Source of the DNA: Tubiluchus corallicola
Taxonomy: Eukaryota; Animalia; Priapulida
Direction: 5' to 3'
Assembly (NCBI GenBank): GCA_030141605.1
Contig: JAQGDQ010001090.1
Span: 1 to 63,936 of the forward strand
DNA length: 63,936 nucleotides
Positions 1 to 13,219 of this stretch are shown piece by piece. The notes under the pieces are model-generated. The model worked only from the letters and a program-made list of their open reading frames with translations. It ran no database searches and had not been told where the DNA came from. The position numbers and the translations under genes were made by a program. How positions within the stretch are numbered: the first letter of the stretch is position 1; every line of letters begins with the position of its first letter.

Positions 1-1228
1 TCACCTGTGGTATGGAGTACATGTCGGTAACCTGAGTCAAGACAAAGTAAAGATTACTACGTTGTGCACCAGTAACAAGTCTGTCTCAAAATAAATCATT
101 AAATTAATAACTTACTTGCAATCAGTTAGTAAAACTTTACCTAGCAAAAGTTACAGCTAAAAGGCAAGAGGTAATCAGTGAGCATTCAATCACCATGCTT
201 GACTGAAATTCAGGGCTTAACTGGATTCTCTATACAGAGGCCCATGAGCCAGTGAGGCACTGTTATTATTGGTGACCAGGCTCTTATCACAGTAGCAGCT
301 TGTAGGCAAATATGAAAAGGTGGGACTTTTTCATTTGTGAGGTGTTTCCCTTTAATTCAACTTTTTTTAGTTTCCCAACAATTAACTAATATGCAATTAT
401 AAACCAGATTCACACTAAAAACAAGCGTAACTAAAAATTCTTAATAACCACACGCCACCGCCAACACACTGACTGACAATCTAGACTAATACATTCACTC
501 ATTGCTAATTGGTCAAAATCAAATGCTACAAAATCACTCTGTTTTTAAGAATTTAAAGAAGCTTCAATATAAAACTTCCTTTTCCGTCTAATAGAAGGCG
601 TCAAATGTTTTGTGGACTAAGGGTTATGTACCCTAATATGCGTGCCAGTGCTCACTGCTCAGACAACTACATACAGCACTGGTGTTACCACCTAATAAAA
701 TTGTCATGTAAAAAGCTGTCTTGTGAGCCTTTGAGAAACTGAACAAAAAGTTAAAATGTGATTTAACCTAAAAAGACATCACACAAAGACTCAAATTACC
801 CAGTGAAATGAGACAGTTTCAAGAATACTTCTAGCCACCTAAATAGCCAATTCATTAGAGAATGCACTTAGGTCATAATTACATATTCTACTCATGCAAG
901 TGCAGTTATCTGCATTTTTAACTCTGAATAATGGTAGATTCCCCCCATAGCCGCGGGGCAAAGTTGCGTTTTTTTACATGTATTGTTCACAGAAACACGA
1001 GCATTGTATTCGCATTATTCATCAGAAACGGTTGCTGAATACAATGCGATATTTCAGACATGTTTGAAGGTGAAGGTATTCCTTGCACATTCTTGCCACG
1101 CTCATGGCTAAAATCAGTCACAGTTTTTCCTAATTCGTTTGCAAACAAGCCATGAGAAATCAAGTAACTAAAGTAACTACACTCAAATTTAGCAAACTAA
1201 ATGCAACACACTGTTCCACCAAGAGACA

Positions 1229-1230
<2 letters not shown>

Positions 1231-1280
<50 letters not shown>

Positions 1281-1309
1281 ATATATATATATATAGAGAG
1301 AAGACATAC

Positions 1310-1341
<32 letters not shown>

Positions 1342-1346
1342 CATAC

Positions 1347-1392
<46 letters not shown>

Positions 1393-1397
1393 CATAC

Positions 1398-1438
<41 letters not shown>

Positions 1439-1440
1439 CA

Positions 1441-1489
<49 letters not shown>

Positions 1490-1543
1490 AGAGAGAGAGA
1501 GAGAGAGACATACTATATATATATATATATATAAAAAAACAAC

Positions 1544-1583
<40 letters not shown>

Positions 1584-1585
1584 CA

Positions 1586-1656
<71 letters not shown>

Positions 1657-1731
1657 GATATATATATATATATATATATATAAATATATATATATAATAT
1701 ATATATATATATAAAAAGAGAGAAGAGAACA

Positions 1732-1780
<49 letters not shown>

Positions 1781-1826
1781 CAACTATATATATATATATA
1801 TATATAGAGAGAGAAAAGAGAAGACA

Positions 1827-1867
<41 letters not shown>

Positions 1868-1889
1868 AGAGAGAGAGAGAGAGACATAC

Positions 1890-1926
<37 letters not shown>
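1231..1926. repeat. Compound microsatellite: repeated (TA)n(GA)n-CATAC blocks ending in (TG)n
   Basis: About ten blocks of (TA)n, (GA)n and GACATAC; explains the YIYI/SLSL ORFs. Confidence 0.97.
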
Positions 1927-1927
<1 letters not shown>

Positions 1928-2695
1928 CAGGGTTGCCAGACATCCCTTATATACGGGACACGTCCCATATGATATCTGATAATTTTGTCCCCTATTCCAT
2001 ACTGACCTTTCAGGGACACCCAAACGTCCCATATTTAGTTCATTTTCAAATTTCGTAATAAAAATGCATGTTTACTGCCTTTTTTGGTAATTGGTGTAAA
2101 GTAATTAGATTTTCTTTTCTCAGATTCTCTTGACGAAAATAACCCAAATGTAGCGAGGAAACTAATGTTGCTAGAAATGTAAACAAAACTGATGTGTTTG
2201 CTGTCTGATTGCAACAACTTTAGTTGCTATGGTTACCGTTTTGCTCTCCAGCCTAATTTTTTTTTACTTTATTTGCTGTATTGTTTGTGTTAAATATTAA
2301 TTTTCAAAATTATTTTCGTTTACATTTTTTTATTGTCTCTATTGAACAAGAATTTTGAATGATTTCACTTTCTCAGAATTTCTGATAGTTACCTATATTG
2401 CCCGTATTAAATAATAATAATAATTCTCTGTTGTCTGTATTAAATAAATGTTTTCAAATGAATTTTTACAGAATTTTTTTAGCTTGCATTAAATAAATTT
2501 CAAATCATTTTACTTTCGTTTTCCTCGTAACACATTAAAATTGTTGCTTTATGTTTTTAACTCATGTCTTTATTCTTATATAATACATAGGTCTGCATGT
2601 GTAGGTATGTACAAATTTATATACATGTATATAGTACTATAGCGAGGGATTTGAAGGGTGTCCCGTATTTCTAATTTTCTAATCTGGCAACCCTA
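1928..2695. mobile_element. hAT-like non-autonomous element (MITE)
   Basis: 12-bp TIR AGGGTTGCCAGA (1929-1940) / TCTGGCAACCCT (2683-2694); no ORF. Confidence 0.75.
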
Positions 2696-5194
2696 ATATA
2701 TGGAAACTGAGAGTCAAATCAACTTACAAGCCGGCACCGTCAGTTCAAATTCTATTCAAACCAACTTTGGGAGCATTTAGTTTGCGTAAAATATGCGGAA
2801 AACATTGCAAGCAAAAAACGCACCTACCGCAATGCCTAAGCCTAATTTCTTATTTTACGCTTTAAAGCTAATTTGATAAGTCGGCAAATCAAATAAATAC
2901 GATCTAGTACATAGCAAGTATGTAACAATTTCCGATTCTAAGAACTTTTTCCTCTATAGAGATACTCCACTACATCAGTTAACTTAGCACAAAACACAAT
3001 ATAACAGGTTTCAACTTCCACATTGTGCATCTGATACTAAGTACACAGACTCAACTTTCATCTACCCCCGCCCCTGACTCCATAAAATGATTAAAAATGA
3101 AATTTTTTTAAAAAATTATGTAATACGTGTTATGTTAGTTTTGTAATGTCAAATGTATAAATAGTGTAAATGTAATGAGTGAAATTTATGTAATGTAAAG
3201 CATGTTTCTGTTAATTGTGTCATGTCAAATGTATATATAGCGTAAAATATGTCATGTAAAATTTAATGTACTTTTGTAATATTGTTTTGTAAAAATATTT
3301 TAATATGGTGTTTGTAAATATGTTCATTTATTGTATATAATTAGGCCTTAGTTTTGCACTTTAATTTTTTTAGTATGCACTGGACGCATTTGTCTTGAAC
3401 AGTGTTGTTATCTTAACATTACGCTGAGGTTTACTCAATTTTATTATAATGAGTGAATCATTTAATTAATATATATATATATATATACAAGAAAATTACT
3501 GTCTTTGTACTGATTAAACATACAAATGCAAATTTCGACAAACACCACACAGTGTTTTCTGCTACAAGTGAAAAATGGCGCAAACTTTTTAACTGCATTT
3601 ATAACATTTAGATAACTGCATTTACTCTTAGTTGTAATAAATGGTGTTGAGTATCTTTTAAGTAGTTTTATACAAATAGGTGTATTAGCTTTATATAAAT
3701 TTTTAACTTCAAGTTGCCAGACATGTGCCTGTACATGAACAGTTTCACTACCAACAAAATCATCAGACATTGCAGTAATCAACAAAACAAAACTTCTATT
3801 ATACAAATATTGCTACAGAAAAACTTACCTCATTAAAAAACCACAAGAACTAAAATGTTACTCCACTCTTTTACTTCACTCGGTAGTAGATTATCTCGAT
3901 AAATTTTATAAACTTCTCGAAGTGTTAATGCAGTTACATAATGCTTCAGACTGCAAAATTTCAAGGTTGGTACACTAATGCATTCATTTACTGCAGTTTT
4001 CGCTTTGCTTCAGGTAATTAAAGTTCACGCAACATTGCGAGACGTTCTTTATTTCATAAGCACGTTGCAACGATGTTGCTGTCTTTTCACCAACTGATCT
4101 GTACTGTACTGTATAAACTCTAGACTACAGTTTGCACAATTCTGACTGCTGACAAGCCAGTAGCAGACTGAGCTTGTGCCAGACTCCACTGGGAGCTACT
4201 CTGCAATTCTCCCACGCGCGTCCAACCACATTCTTGAATGCTAAAACTTCAGCCAAAGCGTTGGCTGTCGGACGTACTATGCAACCAGCAAAAATATTGG
4301 CAACTGACGCGTTCACCAACACACGTGTATCAGACTATGCGTAAACTATATTTATTATTGTTCGAAAAAGCAACCACTAAAAGCAAAGCAACGATGAACA
4401 AATTTTGAAAATGAACGATTTTTCTAGTAAATAGAATAGAAAAAATCAAGACGTCTTTATGCTTAGAGCTGGTGAATAGTGACAACAGAAAAATGTACAC
4501 TGATAAGACAAAATAGACACGCCCCCAGATAACTCACCTCACTTGCTACTGTAATACTGCAAATACTTTAAGCGTTCTCAGTCCAAGCGATAGAAGATTA
4601 CTCACCTGTGAAAAGTTCTTTAGAAATTTAAACCACTGGCAACTTTACTCCGGGTTGCTTTCATGAATGCCAATTTACCGCGAGAATGCGACAACCAGCG
4701 TTGTTGCGGCAGTATTTCAATTTTCAATGCTGCTGCGACATCTAGTGAGGGCAACATGAACCTTCGCTTAAGTATGGTAATGTGGGTACATATTTCAGCG
4801 ATTTTCGCTTTTTTCTCGTAGTACTCTTTCTCAGAAGCAAAGACGACGTTATCAGAGGTAAACATTTTCAAAAGCAAGGTCTGGTAGTGCCTACAAAACA
4901 AATGTGCTAAAACAGTGGTCCTCAGTTGCTTGTTCGTCACCGAAATTTGAAACTTGAACAGAGAAACCTTTCCCTACTGAGAAACAGGATTAGGGCGAAG
5001 TTTCAAGAAAATAATTTCCACTTCAGGCACACCTACTTCTCTATCTCCGTCTTTTCATGGGTTTTTTATGTGCATTTGGGCAGACTGCAAGTCAGAAGCC
5101 AGCGACGAGACGCTGATGAACTGAATCGTAAAAACTGTCTTCGGTTTACGTAAGTTTCGTTAACGTGAGACATAACCGAAGGCACATGAAGTCT

Positions 5195-5292
5195 TTCCTC
5201 AGTTAGGTCAGCGATCACCCATCGATTTACTAATCAGAGTGGGTGCTGCTTAACCTTGCAGCAAATCACACGCTGTGATCATTCGGCTATTC
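5195..5292 (-). mobile_element. SINE head with tRNA A-box-like and 5S-like segments
   Basis: Reverse complement reads TAGCCGAATGATC...AAGGTTAAGCAGC...TGATTAGTAAATCGATGGGTGATCGC, resembling the 5S internal control region; relatives at 22170, 22580 and 60000. Confidence 0.45.
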
Positions 5293-5672
5293 TCAAAAAC
5301 AACCCAGTAGACTGTTATAAACCAGATGATAACACACGTGATATCTATCGTGCATCCCTAGCTAGGCCTATAGACCAGTTATTAATTTATCATGAGTTAA
5401 ATGAAGTATACCAAAGCCGTAACACGTAAATCGATCACTCCAGACAAGTAGATTTGAGGCACCATAGTCTAGTGGGAAAACGAACAAACAACTTCCGTGC
5501 CACTGAGAATAATTCTCCGCCTGTTAATTCCATTATAACGACATCATCATCAGCGAATCGCGACATTAAAGGGTAAGAGAACCATATTTATACAAAGCTA
5601 AACATCGTCTTGAAACTTTATATTATCTACGTAGTGCCTTACCACGCACAGAACTTTAGGAGCAACGTTGTT

Positions 5673-6685
5673 TTAAAGGACAAGAAAAGAGGCACCTGAA
5701 GTAGGTTTTAGAAAAATCGCCTTGAAAAATTATACTACTTTACAGCAATTTTATGCATACATCGTACTTGCACTGAAAGGAATTTTCGTTTATTTTCATT
5801 TTAAATCTCGCAATTCTGTTCCGACGGCGCCATTACATGACGTCAGAACGCCACGTAAATCGGGGGAAGAAAAGGCAATGTTAAATTATGACCCAAAAAA
5901 CTTTCCATGCAAATCTATATAACTAGCACTTCACTTACCTGCTGGAAAGACTATGTAACTAGACTAATAATTTAAAATATTTGTGCCAATTGGTAAAATG
6001 TCGCTGACTCACCCTCCAGGGTGCGCCACTCACTAGCCAAAAACGCTAGTTTTTAATCTTTCTGACAAGATACACTAATTTAAAATTTTACTTAATTAGC
6101 AACATGTATGCTACGAATGCTCTGATTATTTTTTCAAACTTTACTTAATGTTATCAAAACTTGTTTCAAAAGACCTACCTTTAAAATGGCTGCGCCTAAC
6201 TGTCATCGTGGGAGTTTAAATTTACACGTTTTATACAGCGTTACGGCTAATGCAAGCCATGCATACGAAAAGGCAGTATGTAAGTGGTATAAAATTTCGA
6301 GACGAGACTGTAAGTGAAGGGTTTTCTTGTGCTACGTCTTGCAAGTTTAAGATTTTGCGATGATCGCTAAGGGCAGCCATTTTGACGACAAGTTCTTTGA
6401 AACAAGCTTTGATAACATTACATAAAGTTTAAAAAAATAACCAGAACATTTGTAGCACACTCTTCGCTAACTTAAGCAAAAGTTTTAATTACTTTACCTT
6501 GTCAATAAGACTAATAATTTGTTTTTTGGTGAGTCAGTGACGTTCTGCAAGTTCACGGGAACAGTTAAATAACTAAGAATTTTCTTTCGTAGTTACATAA
6601 GTTTTTCAAACGGATGAGCGTAATGTACATAATATAACTTTGTGTGGAACGTTCTTTGGAGGTATAGTTTAAAATTGCCTTTTAA
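5673..6685. mobile_element. TTAA-bounded (Kolobok-like) non-autonomous element with long internal inverted repeats
   Basis: TTAA-AGGACAAG start; 5870-6180 is an imperfect inverted repeat of 6380-6685; related copy at 31671-32184. Confidence 0.6.
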
Positions 6686-6857
6686 TCCACTTTAACTTTG
6701 CAAATACGCAAAAAAGTGTTGAGTCAAGCTGAAAATTTAATGAATAAAATGAGGCAAAGCCGTCTGTTCATACCTAGGTTAAGTTAACCTATAATTAAGT
6801 AAAATTTGTAAAATGTACCAGCATTTGTCTTCCCATAAACTACACTAAGAAGCGCAC

Positions 6858-7471
6858 GTGAAATTTAAAACTGTATATTAAGCACGAAATAACTTTCAAA
6901 ACAATACTTGTTGTGGTTTACTGGATTCAGGATGTGTATAAATCGCATTACACAACAGCAGACACATGCTTGTGTTCAGTACTTTCTATTGCCATTACCG
7001 CTTTAATCAGACTTTACATAAACAGAGATTACTTTAAAGGAGGAACCAACCATCAAACAACACGTACTGCATTTTAATATGCAATTAAAAATGTTGAAAT
7101 CACCACACAAAATATGCGCATAGAATGCTTTGCTTAAAAATGTTAAAAAATTTAAATATTTTTTATTTCCCGCCAAACGAACGTCACGGCCGGAAAAAAT
7201 GACGTAAAATGATGTCTGCTGAGCAGCGTGAATGCCGCGGAGGTAAGTGTTATTCGGGGGTTGGTTCCTCCTTTAAAGTAATCTCTGTTTATGCAAAGTC
7301 TGATTAAAGCGGTAATGGCAATAGAAACTACAGAAGACAAGCATGTGTCTGCTGTTTCAATTCGATTGTCAGTGTGGGTAATGCGATTTATTCACATCTT
7401 GAATCCAGTAAACCACAACAAGTATTGTTTTGAAAATTTATTTCGTGTTCCGTATACAGTTTAAATTTCAC
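6858..7471. mobile_element. Foldback element (~190-bp arms) with a TTAA-flanked MITE (7038-7272) at its centre
   Basis: 6858-7051 is the reverse complement of 7259-7471; inner TIR AGGAGGAACCAACC/GGTTGGTTCCTCCT with TTAA on both sides. Confidence 0.75.
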
Positions 7472-7805
7472 TTGGTGAAGATACGCGTTGCAAAATTTCT
7501 ACAGTTCACTCAGCACGTCATTCTAGCATTGTATTTAACTGTGTTTATGTAAAAATTAAGTCATTTGATCAATTACGACCAAGGTTAAAGTGGTTACATA
7601 GCTTTAATTCACAGGATTATACCGTAAATGGTATACATTAATTGTTGTAATTAATTTACAGACTTTTGTTGACTTTTAGAGTCGCATGTAAACTTGCCAG
7701 CACGTAGTAGGCAGAGATTACTTAGTTTATAGTAGAGTGGGTTACTTAGTTTATAGAGATCGCTCTATAAGTCAAAAAAGATTACTGAACCATCTAGCAG
7801 AATAA

Positions 7806-8020
7806 GTAATAGTAATAGTAATAGTAATGGTAATGGTAATGGTAATGGTAATGGTAATGGTAATGGTAATGGTAACGGTAACGGTAACGGTAACGGTAAC
7901 GGTAACGGTAACGGTAACGGTAACGGTAACGGTAACGGTAACGGTAACGGTAACGGTAACGGTAACGGTAACGGTAACGGTAACGGTAACAGTAACAGTA
8001 ACAGTAATAGTAATAGTAAT
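7806..8020. repeat. Hexanucleotide microsatellite GTAA(T/C)(A/G)
   Basis: About 35 tandem hexamers; explains the VTVT/PLPL ORFs. Confidence 0.97.
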
Positions 8021-8549
8021 TTTATTTTCCTCCATAAATTTACAATGATTTGACAATAAAATGCACAAAAATACAAACGAACATGGGAGAAAGGGTGGCG
8101 AAAAACCAAAGGTTATCGAGTCAACCATAAGTGCTTATATCGCAGGGAAACCGGATGACGCCATTTTTCGTCTAAAATGAGTGCGCCCAAGCGTGAAGTA
8201 ACGGCAACTTTACATTGATTTTACTGATTATATAAGGTGGTTATCACAGTTTTATTGCTGAGACTTTCTAACATTTTTTCAAGTTTTAGAGTAAGCGCAA
8301 CTTCCTGAGAGACTTGACTTTTGCTTTAAACATGAGTGTACTTGAAACACATCAGAATCAATATGCCGCAACTGAAAAATAGAAGACCGCCTAATTGGAC
8401 TCGCGGTGGCGCTGCTATGCCCTAGATAAAACACGTTTGCAAGAGTGGTAGGAGCTTTTCTGCTCTTCTATTAGCTGTATTTTAGATGAATTGTAACCTT
8501 TATACTTATTGCAAAAAAAAACTGAAAAGTAATCCTGAGCTATCTACAC

Positions 8550-9036
8550 CAGGGGTGTGCAAATTGCGGCCCGGGGGGCAAATTGCGGCCCGCCGAGAGA
8601 ATTTGTGCGGCCAGCAAAGAGATTTGTCAAGCTAATGAAAGTGCGGCCCGGGTGATTAATTGAGTGTATCCAGCTGAAGTCCGTGCCACGATCCCAAAGA
8701 TAATGCGTGTAGTTTTTTCTACTAGATCGGATGCTATTAACCCTTACAAGACGGTTGTAGCTTAATGTCACTGTACTACACAGACTGTGTGATACACATT
8801 ACTAATATGCATTGTAATGAAATTACCACTATCTGTCCTGAAAGTAGAAATATATGGTTTGTAATATAAATGTTAATAACTTCTAAAATGGTTTTTTGAG
8901 TGTAGTAGTCATGATGTACGCAGGTCGGATGCCAATAAAAATCGTTATTAGGCCCTTCTGTACTTGGCTCCTTGATCAAACTGCAGGAATTGCGGGAGAG
9001 TTTAGTGTGGCTAGTCAGATAATTTGCACACCTCTG
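8550..9036. mobile_element. hAT (Charlie-like) MITE
   Basis: TIR CAGGGGTGTGCAAATT / AATTTGCACACCTCTG; subterminal GCGGCCC motifs; imperfect 8-bp TSD ATCTACAC/ATCTAGAG. Confidence 0.75.
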
Positions 9037-9213
9037 ATCTAGAGTGATCTAGATTTCTGACTGCAACTACACAGTCTTGGGTTCGATACTATAATAGGGG
9101 CTGTCAACCTTTATGTTATTCGTTGTTTGTGTGCACCGTAAGTCGTTAAATAGTCATTAGTACTGTGCTGTCTGTTAAACTATCGACTGTAAATTAATCT
9201 TGTCCTGTTAGTT

Positions 9214-9682
9214 TTAAACCTTTCATACCCGTTGTATCCCGTGGGAGACGAGAATATTTTCTGCCTTTAAAATTAATAAAATTTTAAAACTGACAGTTAT
9301 TTGATCTGTTAATAGTTATTTTGATTTAAGCCAATAACAATAGACTAAAAATGGTGATAAAATGGCAAACTAGAAAATCTACATAGCATAAAAAACTGTG
9401 CAAGGTACAGTACTTTAGAGACGACTTTGTACAGATCAGCATAGCATGCATACTAAATGTCTTAAATACTTTAAAAAATTATCAGCAGTTGTAAAATGAA
9501 GCACATTTTATGCTTAAATTAAATCCCAATGTATCCCGTGGGATACAGGCTATATTTAGCACGCGGGCACAGGTAAAAAAAAAATAATTATTACGTGTAA
9601 ACAAGATGAGCATACTGAACAAAAGTACCAAGCCAAATTTTTTTTTCTTATTAAAAAAATAATTTGGGACTGAAAGGGTTAA
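9214..9682. mobile_element. piggyBac-like MITE, copy 1
   Basis: TTAA flanks, (C)CCTTTCA...TGAAAGGG termini; closely similar to 38939-39483. Confidence 0.85.
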
Positions 9683-10220
9683 GACCGGAGACTTGAAAAT
9701 CAGCTGTTCTTCAAAGTAGACCGTTGACAAACGAGCACAGAATTCTGTCTAGAATAAACGTCTCGGGGTGCTGACGGAACAAGGCCAGAATTATTAAATG
9801 TTTAAAACCAAACCTGGCTGAAAATGAGAAATCGTAAAAATGTTGGGACAGAGTCTAGAATTGAATGCGGAATCTTTGGACTACATCAAAGGCATGGCAC
9901 TAGACCACATAGTCCCTTGTAATGAAGGCCGCCCTTAATCTAACCCAATCCACCGCCAAACAGTCTGAAATTTCTTACTACATCAATTCACACAAATTTG
10001 ATTTCTTTTTTATAATTAATTTAAAACCCCGAATAACCCATTAACAGAAGAACTACTACTGTCATCACAATGGCAGTGAAGTCTAGTAGCCATAGCGTTA
10101 GACTTGCAGTCCAAAAGTCCGTAGTTCAAATACAGATATTGCCCGACTTTTTCAGTTCTCCAAAAAATTAACGATTTTGGGGTTCATTTCCATTAAATTT
10201 TGTCTGTTATTACTAGACAA

Positions 10221-10651
10221 TAGGGGTGAGCATCGAATAATCTCGTTCGAATCGAATTCGAACGCTCGAATTCGATTCGAACGAGTTTTTTAGTTCGAAC
10301 TCGATTCGAATCCAAAACTATGGATTCGAATAATTCAGCATTTCAATCACACATGTTCTTTATCACTAAAACGATTGAAACATCATGCAATTAGCATAAT
10401 TTAGCAGTGATTTCTGTGCACAATTTTAAAGAAATTACTAGTCGTTTTACTGCAGAACAAACTCTAGTGATATGCATGATCTTTGTAAGACTAATTTTTA
10501 CTGGTGGCTCGAAAACTTGTTCGAAAATCTTTCGATCTCAATTCGAATTCGGTTCGAATTCGAAACATTGAAGTTCGGTTCGGTTCGAATTCGAAAGTCA
10601 CAAATTCGGTTCGATTCGAATTCGCTTTCTGGTAGAGAATGCTCACCCCTT
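10221..10651. mobile_element. hAT-like MITE with TTCGAA-rich subtermini
   Basis: TIR AGGGGTGAGCAT / ATGCTCACCCCT; perfect 8-bp TSD CTAGACAA; other copies near 39534 and 45973. Confidence 0.9.
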
Positions 10652-11084
10652 CTAGACAAGCCTGAATAATCTAAGATTAAAATATATAAAAATAATTAAG
10701 TTTATTAATACTTCCAAAAAGTGCAGCGTTAAATAGGATAACCTTTTCCACTTCACTGTTTCGTCACAAAACCCAGGGGCGAATTAAAAGTTTCAGGGAC
10801 GTAAGACTACCAACAAGCAAAAGGCCTAAACGTGCTCAACTACACATCCAATGGTGCTGTACTGCTATACTTGTTCATCTAATGTACTCATGCGGAATCT
10901 AAAACTGTATCTATTAGCTGAAAAATAATATCATATTCATGTACAGCATTGGTCGGTTTACCATTAAACTTTTATGAAATTATTAGTGTGTCTGTTCTTC
11001 AGTTTTTGTATAGACTAATCCACATTTTTTTCATTACAGGCACTTAAAAACATTTATAGTTAAAATACCACAACTTTATTAACA

Positions 11085-11262
11085 CTTTTAATTTATATAG
11101 TTAAAAATCGTGTCAAACACTTCGACAGAGCTACTGCTGTCATCATCAGTGGTAAATTTTTACATAACTGGTCGTATGTTCATGTAAAAATTTAACACTG
11201 ATGATGACAGCAGTAGTTCTGTCGAAACGTTTGACATGATTTTTTAAACTATGCAAATAAAA
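11085..11262. mobile_element. Inverted pair of Penelope-like termini with a minimal hammerhead ribozyme motif
   Basis: ~70-bp arms; right arm CTGATGA-T-GACAG-loop-CTGTC-GAAA-CGTT (11198-11231). Confidence 0.6.
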
Positions 11263-11469
11263 AGACTTATAAGCAGTCTTTGTAAACCAACTGCAACAAT
11301 GACCACAAAAAGACAAAAGGCTGGACTCACAAAAGTCACATCAAGGCAACAGTCACTTGCTTAACTGAATACCAACCAAACTTATATAAAGACAACGGCG
11401 ACTTTTAAAAATATTTTCACAAGATTGAAGACTCGTCGTAAAGTAACCACTATTTGACATAATTTTATA

Positions 11470-11967
11470 CAGTCATACCACTGTTTCCGACCATAATTCG
11501 TTCCTAAAAAGTGTTTGAAAACTGATTTGGTGGAGTACCGAATCGATTATTCCCATAAGAAATAATGTAAACGTTCTCAAGCACCAAATGAACTGTAAAG
11601 TATTACTAAAACGAAATATAATAATGCAAAAATGTTTATTCAAACAGTAGATATGATATAATTGATTAACATAATAGAATTACTTTGAAAGAAAAACTTA
11701 ATTGTTCCTGTATGAAAAAGTGGAGAAAAATAAGCGCAGAAAGCAGCTAGCAATGTTAGGCAATTCAAATGTTGTGCGTGACTACTCTCGGGTGCGGTCG
11801 GTTACGCTCAGCTCTACTCGGCTCGCCGCGCATGCGTTCATCACGTGTTGGGCGGTTGGTCGAGTACTGAAATTCTGGTCGAAAGCGGAGACAATTTCAG
11901 CTCGAATTTTCTGGTCGAAAACCGATTTGTACGAGTACGGAGACGTTCGAAAACGGAAGTATGACTG
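11470..11967. mobile_element. pogo/Tigger-like MITE, copy 1
   Basis: TA-CAGTCATAC...GTATGACTG-TA; second copy at 60332-60835. Confidence 0.88.
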
Positions 11968-12105
11968 TACAACCTATCTGCCGTAATCAAAAACCCCTCC
12001 TTACGTGAACATAACTCGGCGTACCAAAGAAATTGACCAGAAAACACATTATAACCTATCAGAGCTCCCATAACCTATAAGCTCCCACTTCTTAAAAACC
12101 CCAGT

Positions 12106-12510
12106 ATGAATAAGAGAACACTAAATTTAAGAAACATTAGAACGAACAACCAATATGGAAAGAATTCCATTACTAAACAAGCAATACAACTTTGGAATTC
12201 ATTACCGACATCACTAAAACACAGCAGCTCTTTATCAATGTTCAAGTCTAAATTAAAAAAACATTTAATGACTCGTTTTGAAGCTTACTTATTCAAATCA
12301 TAATTTCATTTTTACTAGACCTTACTAAACTAGTTTATATTTTATTTTTTGAATTTCTAGTTGCACTTATAGTTTAGCTTGCACCAGACGCATTTGCCCA
12401 GAACAGTGTATGTTTTTTTATATGAACTAACACTGATTGTCTGTCTTCTATTATGATGGTCACTGTTTTAAAATGGCAAATAAAGATTTTACTACTACTA
12501 CTGCTACTAC
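12106..12510 (+). mobile_element. 3' end of a CR1/L2-group LINE (ORF2 C-terminus, 3'UTR, (ACT)n tail)
   Basis: LWNSLPTSLKHSSSLSMFKSKLKKHL is the typical ORF2 terminal motif; AATAAA followed by an (ACT)n tail. Confidence 0.75.
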
Positions 12511-13219
12511 AGAGTGGAATATTGCTAGCAGGAAACGCATACCTAAGGACAGGAAAGGAGAAATCGTCAACTTTATGAAAAAATACTTATGAAAAACTGC
12601 CAGTAATCTAAAAAAGCATCTAAATAATTAACAAACTTATTATTACTGCCACTACGAGTTGCAACTAAACTCTTTGGATAAATCTTAGAAATCAACGTTT
12701 CAGAAAATTAACCACACAAATATCATCGATATATCTACAGGTATTAAAAGTATTCTAGCCAGTAGCCAGACCTAGATTTTTATCAGCGATCTCAGGATTG
12801 TGAGTGCCTATCAAAACTTATGTCCTCAGGCTATAATAGGCTATAATCTTTTAAGCGTAATGGTTAATCCTACACAACAAAGCCAACCATTTTTCAGTTT
12901 GACCCCATACATGCGCACCGTATTCGGAGTTTTTATTTAGCTAGCTCAGGTGTGGAAATGTCCTGAAGCAACGTGTCGCGCGGAACAAGTCACATTCTTT
13001 ATCTAATTATACACAAGCGGACATCAGGCATCAATGCCAAATCGTAAGGACGAGTTACAAGGTGAGGGAGATAAAATTTTGGGTCGTGAAAAACATTCGG
13101 CACCTTTCTGGACGCCATTATTTTCAGCTGTTTTGCTCAGAGAACAAGGAAGCACAGGCGAAAAGCTTAGAGGTCGTAAAAAAACGTAAAAACGTGTTTG
13201 GAACTCATTCGAATATATA

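Noticed and set aside
1152-2032. YIYI/SLSL ORFs
   Set aside because: Translations of dinucleotide microsatellites
4620-4940. 106-aa minus-strand ORF
   Set aside because: No recognisable domain and it stops before the nearby donor; probably UTR or chance
7765-8128. VT/PL ORFs and a possible telomere-like repeat
   Set aside because: Short interstitial hexamer microsatellite with mixed units, not a recognised telomere motif
10070-10150. tRNA-like sequence (similar at ~9850, 17860 and 27975)
   Set aside because: Only degenerate A/B boxes and no cloverleaf; SINE-head remnants rather than tRNA genes
13034-13190. uORF and possible 66-nt 5'UTR intron (13062-13127) before the Wntless-like ORF
   Set aside because: Plausible signals but unsupported without transcript data
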